Source: Octopus sinensis
Taxonomy: Eukaryota
NCBI RefSeq assembly: GCF_006345805.1
Contig: NW_021834341.1
Location: forward strand, 1 to 49,381
DNA: 49,381 bases
Direction of reading: 5' to 3'
This document shows, in pieces, positions 1-14,180 of this stretch. The notes under the pieces are model-generated. The model was not told the origin of the DNA and searched no databases. It saw only the letters and a program-made list of their open reading frames with translations. A program made the translations under genes and the position numbers. Position 1 is the stretch's first letter; every line of letters starts with the position of its first letter.

Positions 1-302
1 CACCATTTCTCTCTTCACAACTCTCTCTCCCTGCCAGTCTCTCTCTCTTTCTCTCCCCATCGCTCTCCCTGTCTGTCACTCTGTCCCCACTCTCTCTATC
101 ACTATCTGACGCTCTCTCTCTCTCTCTGTCATCCCTTTCCTTCTCTGTCAGTCTCTCTTTTTTGCCACTCTCTCTCTATCATTTCCCCTCTGTCTATCTC
201 CGTTTCTCTCCGTTACTCTCTCTCTCTCTATCTCTATCTCTATCACACTCCATGTCACTCTCTATCTCTCTGCGATTCTGTGTCTCTCTGCCTCTGTCTC
301 TG

Positions 303-333
<31 letters not shown>

Positions 334-545
334 GCTGTATGTCATTCCGCGTGTAAGTACGTCTCTCTCTGTCATTCACTCTCTTTCACACACACATGAG
401 CACGCTCTATCTTTCTATCTCACTCTCTCTGTCAATCTCCTTGTCTCCCCCCACTCTCTCTAGCTATCTATATCTCTATTATACGTCTCTCTCTCTCTCT
501 GTCTTTCTATCCATCACTTTGTCCCACTTTCTCCTTATCTCCATC
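1..545. repeat. Degenerate (CT)n-rich simple repeat
   Basis: Continuous ctct/ctgt/ctat pattern. Confidence 0.9.
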
Positions 546-959
546 TACACATACTCAGATAATAAAACACGCATTTCTCCCAACGTAGATATCAATCAAA
601 CCCTAGCAATAGCTTCAAGGAAGACGTAATTTCTTTCTTCCATATTTCTCTGGACATCAGCCAACTACAAATCCACCATTCCCACCATCTTTTGCATCCA
701 TCTCTTTCCTTGACGTTGCTCTCACATCTTCCTTTGTGGTTTCCATACATCTTTCTTTTAACGGGGCTTTGTTCATGCGTGACTGTATTCGCCAGCGCTG
801 CGGTAACGTGATGTCAAACTCTATGACAAAACCGTTTCATTTTCTGTCTTTTTAAAATCGACAGAAGAGATACATCTGAAGACTGATTCGTAATGCTTCT
901 AACAATTTTTCTGTTAATACTCGAGCATGTAGGATGTCTTGCATATGGAATATGAATGA

Positions 960-1760
960 ATAGGCCTGGCCGTGGGGTAAGGAGTTTGCTTCCTAGCTAC
1001 CTGACTCCGAGTTCAGACCCACTACGTGACACCTTGGACATGTATCCTCTTCTACAGTCTCGGGTGTATATTTATGTGTGTACCGTAAATCCTCGAGTAT
1101 AATACGCAGGGGGATTTTAGGGGGCTATACCTGGGAAAAACCTAAACATTGTGTATAATACGCACCACCTCTCTAACTTAAGTCAAACACTTCCGCGCAT
1201 GTATAATACAATAATGGTTATATGGGAATGTAAATAAATTTTCAAATTGTTTTTGTTACATGTTTTTCTGTGTTCTGAATACTTTTATTTTAATAAATGT
1301 TGCTTACTGCAAGTTATGGATGATTCTGTTATGACTTCATTGCTTTCAGGCTTAGTTTAAGGTATTTTCGCGCCCGACATCACAAAATGCGTCTGAATAA
1401 ACATTGCCGGACAGCAAATAGAGTCTAGGACATTGCTTAGAAAATAATTTTCATTTTTAACCTCGTATATAGTACGCACTAGGGATTTTGACCTTTAGAT
1501 TTTGGGAAAAAAATGCGGAATATACTCGAGGATTTACGGTATGTCTTTGTGTATGTGTTTGTCCCCAATCACAGCTTGACAACCAATGTTGGTGTGCGTA
1601 CGTCCCCGTAACTTAGTGGTTTGGCAAACGAGACCGATAAGATAAGTACTAGGCTAAGAAAGAAAGATAAACCTCTGGAGTCGATTCGTTCAACTATAAA
1701 TTCTTCAGAGCGGTGCACAAGCATGGCCATAGCCTAATGATTGAATCAAGTAAAAGACAT
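960..1760 (+). mobile_element. tRNA-derived SINE, split by a MITE
   Basis: Head (gtggggtaag...gttcagacccac...accttgg) at 960-1080 and body (gcttgacaacc...tccccgtaacttag...taagtactagg...gtcgatt...gcatggcc) at 1542-1760 align by eye with the intact copy at 46500-46890. Confidence 0.8.
1083..1539. mobile_element. MITE, Tc1/mariner/pogo-type, TA target duplication
   Basis: Perfect TIR ccgtaaatcctcgagtata / tatactcgaggatttacgg; TA at 1081-82 and 1540-41; internal repeats of gtataatacgca; no ORF. Confidence 0.92.
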
Positions 1761-1779
1761 ACACATATCTTTAATATTT

Positions 1780-1940
1780 AGGCGAGGGCATGGCTCAGTG
1801 GTAAAGAACCATACGTGGTTTTCGATTCAGTCCACCTAAGCGGGACCTAGGTCAAGCGTCTTCTACTAGGGATCCGGGCTGTCCAGTGCCATGCCTTGTG
1901 AGTGAATATGGCAGACGGACACTTGTAGAAGCCCGTTGTG
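1780..1940 (+). mobile_element. SINE 5' fragment (same family as 46500)
   Basis: tggctcagtggtaa A-box-like head; gtcttctacta...gccttgtgagtg...gaagcccgt. Confidence 0.7.
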
Positions 1941-1977
1941 TTTATAGATACAGACAACGGGCTACGTAGTGTTTACG

Positions 1978-2150
1978 ACATGGCATAGTGGTTAGGGCGT
2001 TGCACTCACGATTGTGAGATCGTGGTTTCGATTCCTAGACCGGGCATTCCGTTCTGTTCTTGAGCAAAGCACTTCATTTCACGTTGCTCTGCGACCATTT
2101 CGTCAAATGATATGTGGCACATGGTGTACCTGTACAGGTATTGGCTATTT
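1978..2150 (+). mobile_element. tRNA-derived SINE head
   Basis: tggcatagtggttag (A box), ggtttcgattcc (B-box-like), then cttgagcaaagcacttcatttcacgttgctc shared with 38430-38660. Confidence 0.75.
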
Positions 2151-2249
2151 GAATGAGGACACATTAATATATTTATACATAAAATCTCCAAGAAGTTAAG
2201 GAGATAGACAAAGAACATGTTGTACCTACAACAGCATAGACGTAACTGA

Positions 2250-2287
<38 letters not shown>

Positions 2288-2458
2288 AGGTTTGGAGATG
2301 ATGTACAGGTTTTATTTGAAAACCCCATTAGAATGGGAGAAAGCGCTAATGATCTGAATGATACGATCTGAATGATATGATATATATATGTAAAAAATGT
2401 AATATATAAATAAATATCTGTAAATATGAACCATCCGATCTTCTGATTACCTCATTTC

Positions 2459-2513
<55 letters not shown>

Positions 2514-2677
2514 TAATATATATATATATTATAATTAAGGGTTAAATGCAACAAGTTGCTCAAAACCACATACCGAAAATATTAGAATATTAGAAAATAT
2601 GCTCAAAACCACATACCGACAAATCTACTAGGTGAAATTGATTAATTTTATTAAATTAATTATATTCCACCCTTTAT

Positions 2678-2721
<44 letters not shown>

Positions 2722-2979
2722 GTACAGATTCGATATAGAGGACCGCTGCAGTCTACTACTGAAAGTTTTGCTTGTACTGACATATTGTTGCAACGACGTT
2801 AACTTCGCATTGCTCGAGAACTTGCTCTGGCAGTTTTAAACCTCATTTATTTAACAATGTCAATGGAATAGAGGAACGTGAAATAGAATATCTTGACCAA
2901 GGATATAAAGCACCTCCCAGACAGTAAAAAATACAAATCCAACGATCGAACTCAGCTAAGAAGTAAACCAAGCGCTTTG

Positions 2980-3029
<50 letters not shown>

Positions 3030-3195
3030 AGCGCATAGAAGAAGGTTAAACGTTCAGACCGATAGACGATACAGACAGAGGCAGAAGAGGGAAACAACTA
3101 TTAGGACAGGCAAAAAAATTACGGGTCATTCTTAGCTTTCTTTCATCAGTCAGTCCATGTATATTTTATATGTATATGTATATTAATATATATAT

Positions 3196-3242
<47 letters not shown>

Positions 3243-3363
3243 ATCTATATAACTATCTATCTATTCATATGTATGTGTGTGTGTGTGTGCGAATACGCAA
3301 TGTATGCACATGCGGATATATATAAACACACACGCATATACACACACTCTTGCATATATACAT

Positions 3364-3404
<41 letters not shown>

Positions 3405-3737
3405 TCACATATGTATATACATATATATTCTATGTATCTGTATATATAATGATATGCCTGTTTGTAAGCATATATACATATATGTTTATATATATATATA
3501 TACACACGTAATACATACATACATGCCTACATGTACTTATGTGTATATTTATTATTTACTATTACGAGAACGGAGGCGACAGTGACTTCAAAGGTTCGGT
3601 TTTCTATCCTTCGTCGGAAATAATAATAAATATGTAAATATGCACTGTGCAAAATGGAGTGTGTTATTCTTCAATATTAATTCTTTTAAAAAACTCAACA
3701 TAAAAACAAACATTAGCGTTTGCTATGCGCACTCGTG

Positions 3738-3787
<50 letters not shown>

Positions 3788-3834
3788 TATATATATATAG
3801 ACACACACACGTATACGTGTGCATATACATTTAT

Positions 3835-3866
<32 letters not shown>

Positions 3867-4649
3867 GCATAATCTGTATGTATGTGTGTATTTATGTATG
3901 TATGCCTGTAGGCATGTAGGCATGATAGGATAGATCCAGGGGAGAAAGAAGAATACAAAGAAAGCGGGAGAGATCAGGACTGTGAAGAAAACAAGTGGAT
4001 GAAAGAGAGAGGGAAGACAGAAAGAGAGGCGGGGGAAAATAGAGACGGATTGATAGACAGGAAAGGAAGAAGAGAGGAAAAGTATGAGGGCGAGAAAGAG
4101 GCAAAGAGAGAGGGGGAGAGAGAGGAGAGAAAGAGTGTCTGTGAGAAGGGTTTGTTAAGGTAGCTAATGACAGACACACAGAAAGTAATATAGACTGTAA
4201 AATAAAAAGAGAAACAGAGGGAGAGTAAGAAGGAGAGCAAGTGCGAGAAAGAGAGAGAGAGAGAGAAAGAAGACACAAAGAAACAGAGATAGAGAGAGAA
4301 AGAAGGAGATTAAAAGAGATTGTTGAAAAGAGATCAAGCAAGATGTATAAAAAATGGAGCGATGAGTAAAAGAATAGGACGAAAGCCACAGCATGCCAAT
4401 GAGTTTCTACTGAAATAAATGACGTTGTTTTCTACTGCTAATGTTTTTCACCGAGAAACTTCTGAACGAATAACCATTTTTATGGGCAGAATAATTGAAT
4501 TGTGTTTTATTTCATAATACCAAACTGCGGCTGTTTACGTCTAGCTTTCCTTCTTTCCCTGTTGCTCTATTACGGTGTGTCTCTTTTGAATGCTTATTTA
4601 TCATCTCACGTATAATAGGTTGCTAGATATCAAGAAATGGATAGATAAT

Positions 4650-4722
4650 AGAATGGATAGATAGACAGACAGACAGATAGACAGATAGGCAGATAGACAG
4701 ACAGACAGATAGATAGATAAAG

Positions 4723-4808
<86 letters not shown>

Positions 4809-4859
4809 CAGACGCCAACAGACAGACATATAGATAGATAGGTAGATAAATAGACAGAC

Positions 4860-4934
<75 letters not shown>

Positions 4935-5410
4935 AGACAGATAAATAGATAGATAGTACTCTCAGAGGATGTACATAAAGTATATAAATAGGTAGAAGAT
5001 AAATATATATATATATATATTTGTGTGTGTGTGTGTGTGTATTTGTATATATACATCTATTTATATGTATATATATGCACATATATATATAAATGTATGT
5101 ATATAGATATACTTCTGTATATAGATATACATATGTGTATACATATATATATATACATATATATATTTATGTATGTGTGTGTGTGAATGTATTAATATAT
5201 ATACATATACATATATATATTTACATATATGTATATGTATATATATAGATATATATGTATATGTATGTGTATATGTATATATACATACACACATACATAC
5301 ATACATACATACATACATACATACATACATACATACATACATGCATACATACATATTTCACATAGTTGTGCACGCACACACACTCACATACACATACACA
5401 TGTATATCGA
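4650..5410. repeat. Compound microsatellite (TAGA/GA/TA/CATA)n
   Basis: Directly visible. Confidence 0.95.
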
Positions 5411-5847
5411 TATATTAATGTTCCGTTTTTGGCTTATTCAATTCCTAACACTCTCGATGACTCTGCCTCGTAAAAGAACTTTTTTCTTCTTCTTGTTGTA
5501 TTTAGAAGAAGAAGGTTTAGTGCCAATGACATTTTCAGGCCATCCAAGACCGGATGAGCAACATGTCATTAATGCTGCGTTAAAACTGTTGCAGGTTCGA
5601 ACAGGCAATGTGATATGCTTGTGGTTTGGATGCTCGCAGAGTGGAAAAAGTCGAGGGACGAGTGGACTGAGTTTCCTGAGTGGTGGAAGTATGAACTATG
5701 GAACCAGCAAATGCTGAAGAACAGAAGCCACTAGTAAAATGCTAATAGAAAAGCGAGGTGACACCATAATCCTGGAAAATATACTATAAAACGGGCAGTG
5801 TATTGCAGTGACCATCAAAGTGGTAAATACTGTTTAATATTTTTAAG

Positions 5848-6926
5848 CCAGCGTTTCTTAACTGGGGTTCCACAGAACCCTAGGGTCCCGCAATTCATAT
5901 ATATACTACTTGTGTGGGAAATTCTGTCAGTGGGTGTGTTTTTGGAGTTCTTAGCTCACTCCTGCTACATCGTTTTATCGATTTTGATTAAACTTGACCC
6001 GTGAGTAGAACTCATGTCTTGAAATCTCATGGCATACTCATATTGTTGAAAAATCGATAATAGAGCTCCTGGAAGGGATCCTTATTTATATCTAATATAT
6101 TTCATTTTAACAGCCAAGGGAAATAACCCGTTCGCCCATATTTTAACAGCCAAAAGAAATAACCCATTCATTTTCCTAAATCATTTGGTATCAATCAAAC
6201 TGAATATGCTTATTTCTTAGTATTTGAACTGTTAGAGTTACTTACGTATTTTATCTAGTACAACCATTAATGAAATAAATAGTATTTTCCTAAACAGTAG
6301 ATCCAATTATTCTGGTTAGTGACTTATTCACGAATATACCAACACTAGCGCCGCTGAGGGCAATATTATCTGGAACGCACAGAAGTCTATTTCAGAGTTA
6401 TTTACTTTGAATTGTTATTAACCAATATCTGATTAGCCTGTGATTACGTAATATACTTCACAATTTTAGAATACATACCTTATTAGTATTTTCTCCTAAG
6501 TTCTATATACTCTGGGAACGCACTGAAACCCTTTTCGGGGTTACCTTATTTGAATTCTTACTATCGGGTAACTAATTTCATGTAATTACATTACTGATTT
6601 CACAATTTGTGTATTCATAACTTATTGGAATTCCTAAAAACAAGATTCTGTGTAAGACAGTTTGGTATTCTCTGTAAATGCACGAAAACCGTTTTGAGGG
6701 CTACATACTTTGTAATATTGTTACTGGATTAGCGAAACAGTTATGAGAACGGAACCAAGGGAAATGCCGTTAGCTAGTATATAAGTATATGTATATATTT
6801 ACCACGTGAACTACGATGAAACAATATGAGAAAGATATGGTATATAATTTTTCTTGTGCAAGGGTTACTTGAGGCTGGGAACTTATTTTAAGGGAAACGC
6901 AAGGGTAAAAAGGTAGAAACACCGGG
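5848..6926. mobile_element. Non-autonomous hAT-like element, interrupted
   Basis: Left end cagcgtttcttaactggggttccacagaaccctaggg; degenerate right end aaaaggtagaaacaccgg. Confidence 0.5.
5895..6777 (+). mobile_element. Non-autonomous Helitron-like element with ~150-bp internal diverged repeats
   Basis: Starts TC in AT-rich context; ends acgg...ccgt hairpin then CTAG followed by T; repeated ggaacgcac.gaa...ttt.aatt blocks near 6370, 6513, 6672. Confidence 0.55.
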
Positions 6927-7156
6927 CTAAGCTGTGAGTTGACAGAATTATTTTCAACACCTAAAAGAAAGGTCTCGTTGTTTCTTTGTGCAGTAACAAC
7001 TATACAAAACTCGAGGATACGTGAGCGATATAATTAACTAATAGTAATTTGCGCGCTGTACCTGAGGCAATGGAGCATTGCGAATTACGGCGGTACGGGA
7101 GTGGAGTAATGTCACGTAATTGACGAGATGTAATGATAGAGAGATAAACAGACATG

Positions 7157-7223
<67 letters not shown>

Positions 7224-7468
7224 CGAGAGAGATAGATGAGATACGTAGAGAGGTAGATTATAGATAAATGGTAATGTACCTAAATCGCAAAATCTTAATG
7301 AGTTAACAGTTAAGTCAATAGCCAATCTATATAGTTACTATGGGCGTGTGCGTGCGTGTATATATATATTTGTAGCTATGCATATATATTAATACGGTGT
7401 GCGATATGTAAATTGTCGCATTTTTAATATCGCACATTCGCATTGCTTGTTTCTGATGTTGTCGACTA

Positions 7469-8167
7469 CAGAGTATAGTAGGGTCAGTTGGGTACCGTCT
7501 GTGAGGACAACAGCACCATGACACAATTCCTCTTTTCAGAAATTTGGAGATGACATGCTGTACTGCTTGGCATTCGCTGCGGAAGCTCCAATACAAACAT
7601 TTCAGAGTTTCGTTGGCAAACTGAGGACAATGCAATCTGAGGGCATGTACCGAGAGTGATGGAAATCAACATCCAGTCAACATCTTGCCTGGAAGAAGTT
7701 GTGCTGCTCTGGGTCAAGAGGGTGGCTACTACAAGATCCTAAGTCTGGCAACAGACTCTGTACCATGCCAAACAAGTAAGAGAACACAGTCATGACTGTT
7801 AGACAATTTCTGTGACCAAATCATCCCTAACAACTGGCCACCTAACTCCCGAGACTGCAATCCCCTTAATTATTGTGGGTGAGGCGCAGTCCAGCGAGAG
7901 ACCAACAAGACTCCTAGTACCACCAAAGATGACCCGAAAGCAAGGATCATTGCAGCATACACCAACTTAAACAAGGAGACCGTCCAGAAGAGTTGCAGGA
8001 GATTCCGAAGTCGTCTGGAGACCTGGGCTGAAGCCAATGGCGATTTTAATGAATAAATTTACTCTTTAGTATTTCAAGATGTTTTTATGTTATTTTGGTA
8101 AATATATCTGCTAAAATGAGATGTAAGTGTCGTTTTCATTAGAAGACAGTTCATTCACATCACCCTG
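7469..8167 (+). mobile_element. Internally deleted Tc1/mariner (maT/DD37D-like) transposon
   Basis: TA-flanked ends (ta cagagt / caccctg ta); N-terminus MTQFLFSEIWR*HAVLLGIRCG; C-terminal WQQDSVPC and NWPPNSRDCNPLNY...SCRRFRSRLE..AEANGDF. Confidence 0.8.
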
Positions 8168-8412
8168 TATATGGAAACATGTTTGCATACATCTACATCT
8201 ACAGGCACATAAATTCGCAGATACATACATACACACACATATGTCCAGATTCACACGAATATACATGTGCCTATATTAATTTATACATACATTCAGGTAA
8301 ATAGAAAGAATTATAAGCTAATAAGTCATTCGATAGGTATATAAATGCATGGCTAGGAAAATCTAAATAGATAGATAGATAGATTGACAGACAGACAGAC
8401 ATATATGTAGAC

Positions 8413-8504
<92 letters not shown>

Positions 8505-8510
<6 letters not shown>

Positions 8511-9232
8511 GTCTCTTTATTAGCCACACAGGGTCGAACACAGAGGAGACAAAATACAATGTTGAGCTTTTCTTTTTGAAAATAGAAAAAAATGGAGAAA
8601 AATAAAATTTCGATCAAAAGTGATCGGGGGGAAAAAACGATCAAAAGGAATCGTGTATCACAGAAAATATTAAAAATGCAAAAAGCAAGATTAGGTTTAT
8701 CCGTGGAAAGAAAAGCCTACGGAAAAGACCACGGTAACCTCAGGCAGGCAGGGAATAAACACATGAGAGCAAGTGCTCTCTCTCTCTCTGTTTTCGATTT
8801 ACAGGTTCACACTCAAAGTCGTTTCGTCACTCGTACACACCATTTTTGCTACATTCACCTACCTTTTTTTTGAAACTCCCGAGATAAAATATGCCTTGAA
8901 AAATTTGACGAGCGATTGGCCAGAGAGGTAAGTGCTTGTCTCTAATCCTTTCGCTCGAGTCGACCACACACATTCTTTCACCATGGCCACCAGTACGATG
9001 AAGACTGCCTTGCTTTCCGGTTAAGGGAAGGTGGCGGAGCAACTTTTGACGATAGACTCGGCCGACAGGCGGACTCGTCTCACACGTGATAGCAGCCGTT
9101 CCGCATAAGCTCACAGGTCCGAAATGCATGGACTCTGCACGAGGGCATGCAGAACGGTTTCGTCGCTCTGACCGCATCTCGGGCAAGTCGGTCCTGTGTG
9201 TCTCGAACCGTGCCTGTAGATCACGAAACGTG
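8505..9232 (-). mobile_element. 3' fragment of L1/Tx1-like LINE with (ATCT)n tail
   Basis: Minus strand encodes CPRCGQSDETVLHALVQS (CCHC zinc-knuckle remnant) and VKECVWSTR; 3' end tgtgtggctaataaaga-(atct)n, also present at 43570-43740. Confidence 0.75.
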
Positions 9233-9234
9233 CC

Positions 9235-9296
<62 letters not shown>

Positions 9297-9367
9297 AGAG
9301 CCAGACAGAAGATAGATAGGTAGATAGGTAGGTATATATATATATATAGATATATATATATATATAG

Positions 9368-9405
<38 letters not shown>

Positions 9406-9411
9406 AGAGAG

Positions 9412-9472
<61 letters not shown>

Positions 9473-9711
9473 TTTAGATAGATCTAAAGTTAGACACACA
9501 CCCAAGTAGATGTGAAGGCAAATCTAGCGAACAGACGCCATGATTGGTCAATTAAACAAACGAGAATGAAATGGTGTGTCAGATGACCAGTGTCTCAGAT
9601 GTGAAAGGTCTGTTATAAAGTGGACAATGGACAGAAGGTTAACCATTAGATAGATATTTCCTACATCGAACCAGACATTACAGTAATTTCCCGCTTGGTC
9701 AGATCGATAAT

Positions 9712-9714
9712 TTA

Positions 9715-9766
<52 letters not shown>

Positions 9767-9895
9767 TACTATTATTGTGGTGGTGCTGGTGGTTGTTGTT
9801 GTTGTCGTTGTTATTATAATAATAATTATTGTTGTTGTTGTTGAGGTGGTCGTCGTGGTCGTGGCTGTTCTGGTTTTCGTTGCTCTTTTTCCTCT

Positions 9896-9945
<50 letters not shown>

Positions 9946-10068
9946 TTATTATTATTATTATTAGTAGTAGTAGCATTATCATCCGTAGTAGTAGTAGTGG
10001 CAGTAGTAGTAGCAGCAGCAGTAGTATTAGTGATCTTAGTGGTGATAGTAGTGGTGGTGGTAGTAGTT

Positions 10069-10144
<76 letters not shown>

Positions 10145-10145
10145 A
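9712..10145. repeat. Compound trinucleotide microsatellite (ATT/GTT/CTT/AGT)n
   Basis: Directly visible. Confidence 0.95.
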
Positions 10146-10391
10146 ACATCAAGTATAGATTACTTTATTCAACATGTGTACAATATTCTTGATGCATCAG
10201 TTTGTGGGAGTTGATCTTATAAGATTATAGGTATGTATATATGTATATATGTTTACATGCATGCATGTTAGCATTTATATATGTATTATGCTTATGGTGC
10301 AAACATATATATACTTGTGAATCCCTTTACATGTATATATAGATAAATAAATATATATAATATGAATACTTATGTATATATACAGATATAT

Positions 10392-10813
10392 ATATTGTTG
10401 TATTTAGGAATGGTCATTTTGCCAGTTTAGCCAATAAAAACACACGCACTATATATTTGGTGTTACTTTGCTTCAGTGTTATTTATTTCTTACATTAATC
10501 TTAATCTTATTTCGGCCAGAGTTCTTTCGTCACACTCCTGTGACCGCATCAGTGGTCCTTTGTTTTCTTCTTACTTATTTGTGTCTCTCCTTACTAACCG
10601 TCAGCCATTTTGTAAGGAGGGACACAAATAAGTAAGAAGAAAACAAAGGACCACTGATGCGGTCACAGGAGTGTGACGAAAGAACTCTGGCCGAAATAAG
10701 ATTAAGATTAATGTAAAAAATAAATAACACTGAAGCAAAGTAACACCAATATATAGTGCGTGTGTTTTTATTGGCTAAACCGGCAAAATGACCATTCCTA
10801 AATACAACAATAT
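10392..10813. repeat. Long inverted repeat (~200-bp arms, 17-nt spacer), probable inverted PLE terminal remnant
   Basis: 10392-10594 is the near-perfect reverse complement of 10612-10813. Confidence 0.95.
10648..10692 (+). ncRNA. Variant type I hammerhead motif (mirror copy 10514-10558, minus)
   Basis: cca CTGATGC g GTCACA ggag TGTGAC GAAA gaac TC tgg: stems I and II pair, core A9 replaced by C. Confidence 0.6.
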
Positions 10814-10886
10814 CTGTTTCACACACACGACTTCACATAAAAATCTTGCACAACAAATATTTAAACGTATATATATATAATATATA

Positions 10887-10967
<81 letters not shown>

Positions 10968-11535
10968 GATAGATAGAGAGAGAATAGATAGATAGATAGA
11001 TAGATAGATAGGATAGATAGATAGATAGATAGATAGATAAGTATGTATGTATATGTCCATATTTATATATACACGTAATAGATTGATCTATGCATACGTA
11101 TATATTCATATATAGACAGACATATATACTTTTAGGTGTGTGAGTGTATGCGTGTTTCTATGTGTGATGTTGCGTATGTGCGTTTATGTCACGGCATATG
11201 AATAGGTCCATTACTCTCATGAATATATTTATATATATATATATATATTATATTGTATATATACTGATATTTTTTATTCATGTATGTATACATGTATATA
11301 TGCATATGTATATGTATATGTATATATGTATTATCTATACATACATATACACACGTATATACATATATACACACATATATACATACACACATGTAGTTAT
11401 ATATGTACGCATGTATGCATGTGATAAGTGTTTATATATATATGCTGACATATTTGTATACATTTTGACATCTATATGCGTACACCAATACATATGTACA
11501 TATAAATGTCATCATGTATCTCTCTATCTATCTAT

Positions 11536-11651
<116 letters not shown>

Positions 11652-11879
11652 TATATATATACAACGGCGTGTGACAGGAATTGCTTTTACCTAAGTACAT
11701 CTCCCGTTTGTGTATATTAACTCTATTCCCTGAGCGTTATCTAATCAACAGGATGTGATAAATAAATTATAGAACATAATTCTCTATTGCACTGAGTGAT
11801 ACGATTAAATTCTGCTGTATATGATATATATTGATAGGTAATGGCCAAGTGGTTGTTATGTTAGTCGTATTAAGTCTAG

Positions 11880-12355
11880 GGTATTATAGATGCAGATTAT
11901 CTAGTGTCGAGCTAAATCTGAGTTTAGTCTGATCTAGATTAAAACTAATTCTGATCTAAGACTGATCTAAATTCGAACTAATTTAGTATTATGAAAGAAT
12001 TATCTTTGAGCCGCGTGATGTAATTTTAAGATAAGTAATAGCTAAGTCTATGCTTAGTCTACAGTACGAGAGTGTTAATTCTGATCTAAATGAGATGTAA
12101 GTTTGAACCAATTCTGAGCTACGTTTCAGCCAAGTCTAAACTAAGACAGAGCTAAGGTTGCTCTAAGTTTGAGTTGAGTCTAAGTAAAGTCAGAGCTAAC
12201 TCTGAGCTAAGTCTGTGCTAAGCTTGAACTAAATTTGAACTTTTAGTTAAGAATAAATAAAGTTTAAACCACACCTGAGCTATGAGTGATCTAAGATTTG
12301 GCTAAGACAGAACAAAATTTTGAAGTTTCAACTAAATTAGTTTAGAGTTTGAGCT
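11880..12355. repeat. Degenerate short-period minisatellite (ctaagtctgag-like)
   Basis: Recurrent gagctaa / ctaagt / tctgatctaa motifs. Confidence 0.7.
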
Positions 12356-12379
12356 TACTCATATGCGTCTCTCTTTTTG

Positions 12380-12610
12380 TGCTGTGTTTATCCGCCACCT
12401 CCTGCTGACAGCTAGTGTTGGTATGTTTACGTCCCTTAACCTATCGGTTCGGCAAAACAAAACGATAAAATGTGTACCCGGCTTAAAACAAAAAAACAAA
12501 AGCGAAACAAATGCATCATTAGTAGTAGAGTCGATTTGTTCGATTAAACCTTTCAAAACGGTACTCCAGCATGACCGCAGTTTAATAACAGAAACAAATG
12601 AAAGATGAAA
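12380..12610 (+). mobile_element. SINE 3' portion
   Basis: gtttacgtccc..taac..cggttcggcaaaa...gtcgatttgttcga...tccagcatgaccgcagt matches 46720-46890. Confidence 0.75.
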
Positions 12611-13499
12611 GAAGACACATTGACTAATCGCATTTCTTTCGTCGCCACATAAATATTTCTAGTTAGATTTTTTAGTACACCCTGCACTAAATGGTGATAA
12701 AACGTTAACAATTATCTCTTTTATTTTTTCTTGCAGATCGCGCCCCTGGGCTACTTGTTTTGTAATCAAATCCAATATTACTAGGTGCGATTCTTGCGTT
12801 AATAATTATGAAGGTTACAGCTTTTCAAACAGGGCGATGCTTTTGGTTTTTTCTTCTAAATATGAAGTTGTGTAACCAGGTGAGATGTAACAACGGGAAA
12901 ATAAAACATAATTATAAAGTTATCAGTCACGTATTCGGCAAAATTAATCTTTGCCTTTAAGACGATCGAAGAAGAAAATTATTATGAAAAAGAATTGTTG
13001 ATTGACTACATACAGGTAATTGAACCCGTGGCTATACACCCAATTACGTGATAACCTAATAAGTTACTGCACCACGGCGCCAATTAAAAGGATAGAAATC
13101 AAATCAGTGACGATATTTTAGAACTGAGTCTAGCATTGTTAAAACAAAAATGGAAAAACGAAATAAAGAGTAATTTTAGAGTTTTTTTTTTTTTTTAGAG
13201 AGTGAAGGGGGTTCTAGCATCGCTGAATTGTTAAGGATTTCGTTTTGCAACGGGGACGAGGAGGTGGTTACATGTTCGTTCCCATTGCGTGATATTTTGG
13301 GTCGATAATTTTTATCATTGTGTTCTTTTAATGTAACAGGGTAACTGAACACTTTGTGGCGGAAATGGGTTTAAACAAAAAGGTTGTGACAGGTGGATGG
13401 GTTGTGAGTGAGTAGTAGGGGACAGGGAAGCGTTGTGAGTGAAAGTGGAGTACACGGGAGGGTAGTGGGTAATGTGTGGATATATACAAACTTAGTGGG

Positions 13500-13703
13500 T
13501 AAAACCGAGAGCTGGCAAGATCGTTAATACGTCAGACAAAATATTTAGCGGCATTTCTTCCCGATTTATACGTCATGGGGTGAAATCCCGAGGTCAGCAT
13601 TTCCGTTCATCCATTCGGGGTCGGATAAAGTACTAAAGTTGATGTAATAAACTAAGACACTTCTCTGAATGCTGCTGGCCTTGCGCCAAAATTGGAAAGA
13701 ACG

Positions 13704-13759
<56 letters not shown>

Positions 13760-14180
13760 CATCATCATTATTATTACTAAAGCGGGGAGCTGGCAGAATC
13801 ACTAACGCGCCGGATGTAATGCTGAGTGACATTTCGCCCGTCGCTACGTCCTGAGTTCAAATTCCACCGAGGACGTCTTTGTCTGTCATTCTTTCAGGGT
13901 CGATAAATTAAGTACCAGTCAAGTACTGGGGGTCGATGTGATCGATTGTCCCCCTCTCCACAAAAATCTACACCTTGTACCTATATTAGGAAGGATTATT
14001 ATTATTATTTTTACAAAAGCGTCGAGTTAGCAGAATCATAAACGCATCGGTACAATTGCTTAGCCTTTAAAGCAGTGAACTGGCATGCTTGCTTGTAGGC
14101 CGGACGAAATGCTTAGCGGCATTTCGTCCGTCTCTACGTCCTGAGTTCAAATTCTGCCGAGGTCGACTTTGCCTTTTATG
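13500..14180 (+). mobile_element. Cluster of partial SINE copies (gagctggcagaatc family) with (ATT)n spacers
   Basis: Repeated gagctggcagaatc...ctgagttcaaattc..ccgagg...gggtcgataaattaagtaccag at ~13505, 13780, 14020, 14075. Confidence 0.8.

Noticed and set aside
1978-2045. tRNA genes at SINE heads (also ~16340-16405 and ~39010-39080)
   Set aside because: No complete cloverleaf; they continue into SINE body sequence.
3128-3156. Minus-strand CTGATGA-AA-GAAAGCTA hammerhead-like string
   Set aside because: Stem II is absent and stem I does not pair; at most a deleted relic.
5420-5717. Non-repetitive 3' part of ORF 5229-5717
   Set aside because: No recognisable domain or splice structure; the ORF starts in a microsatellite.
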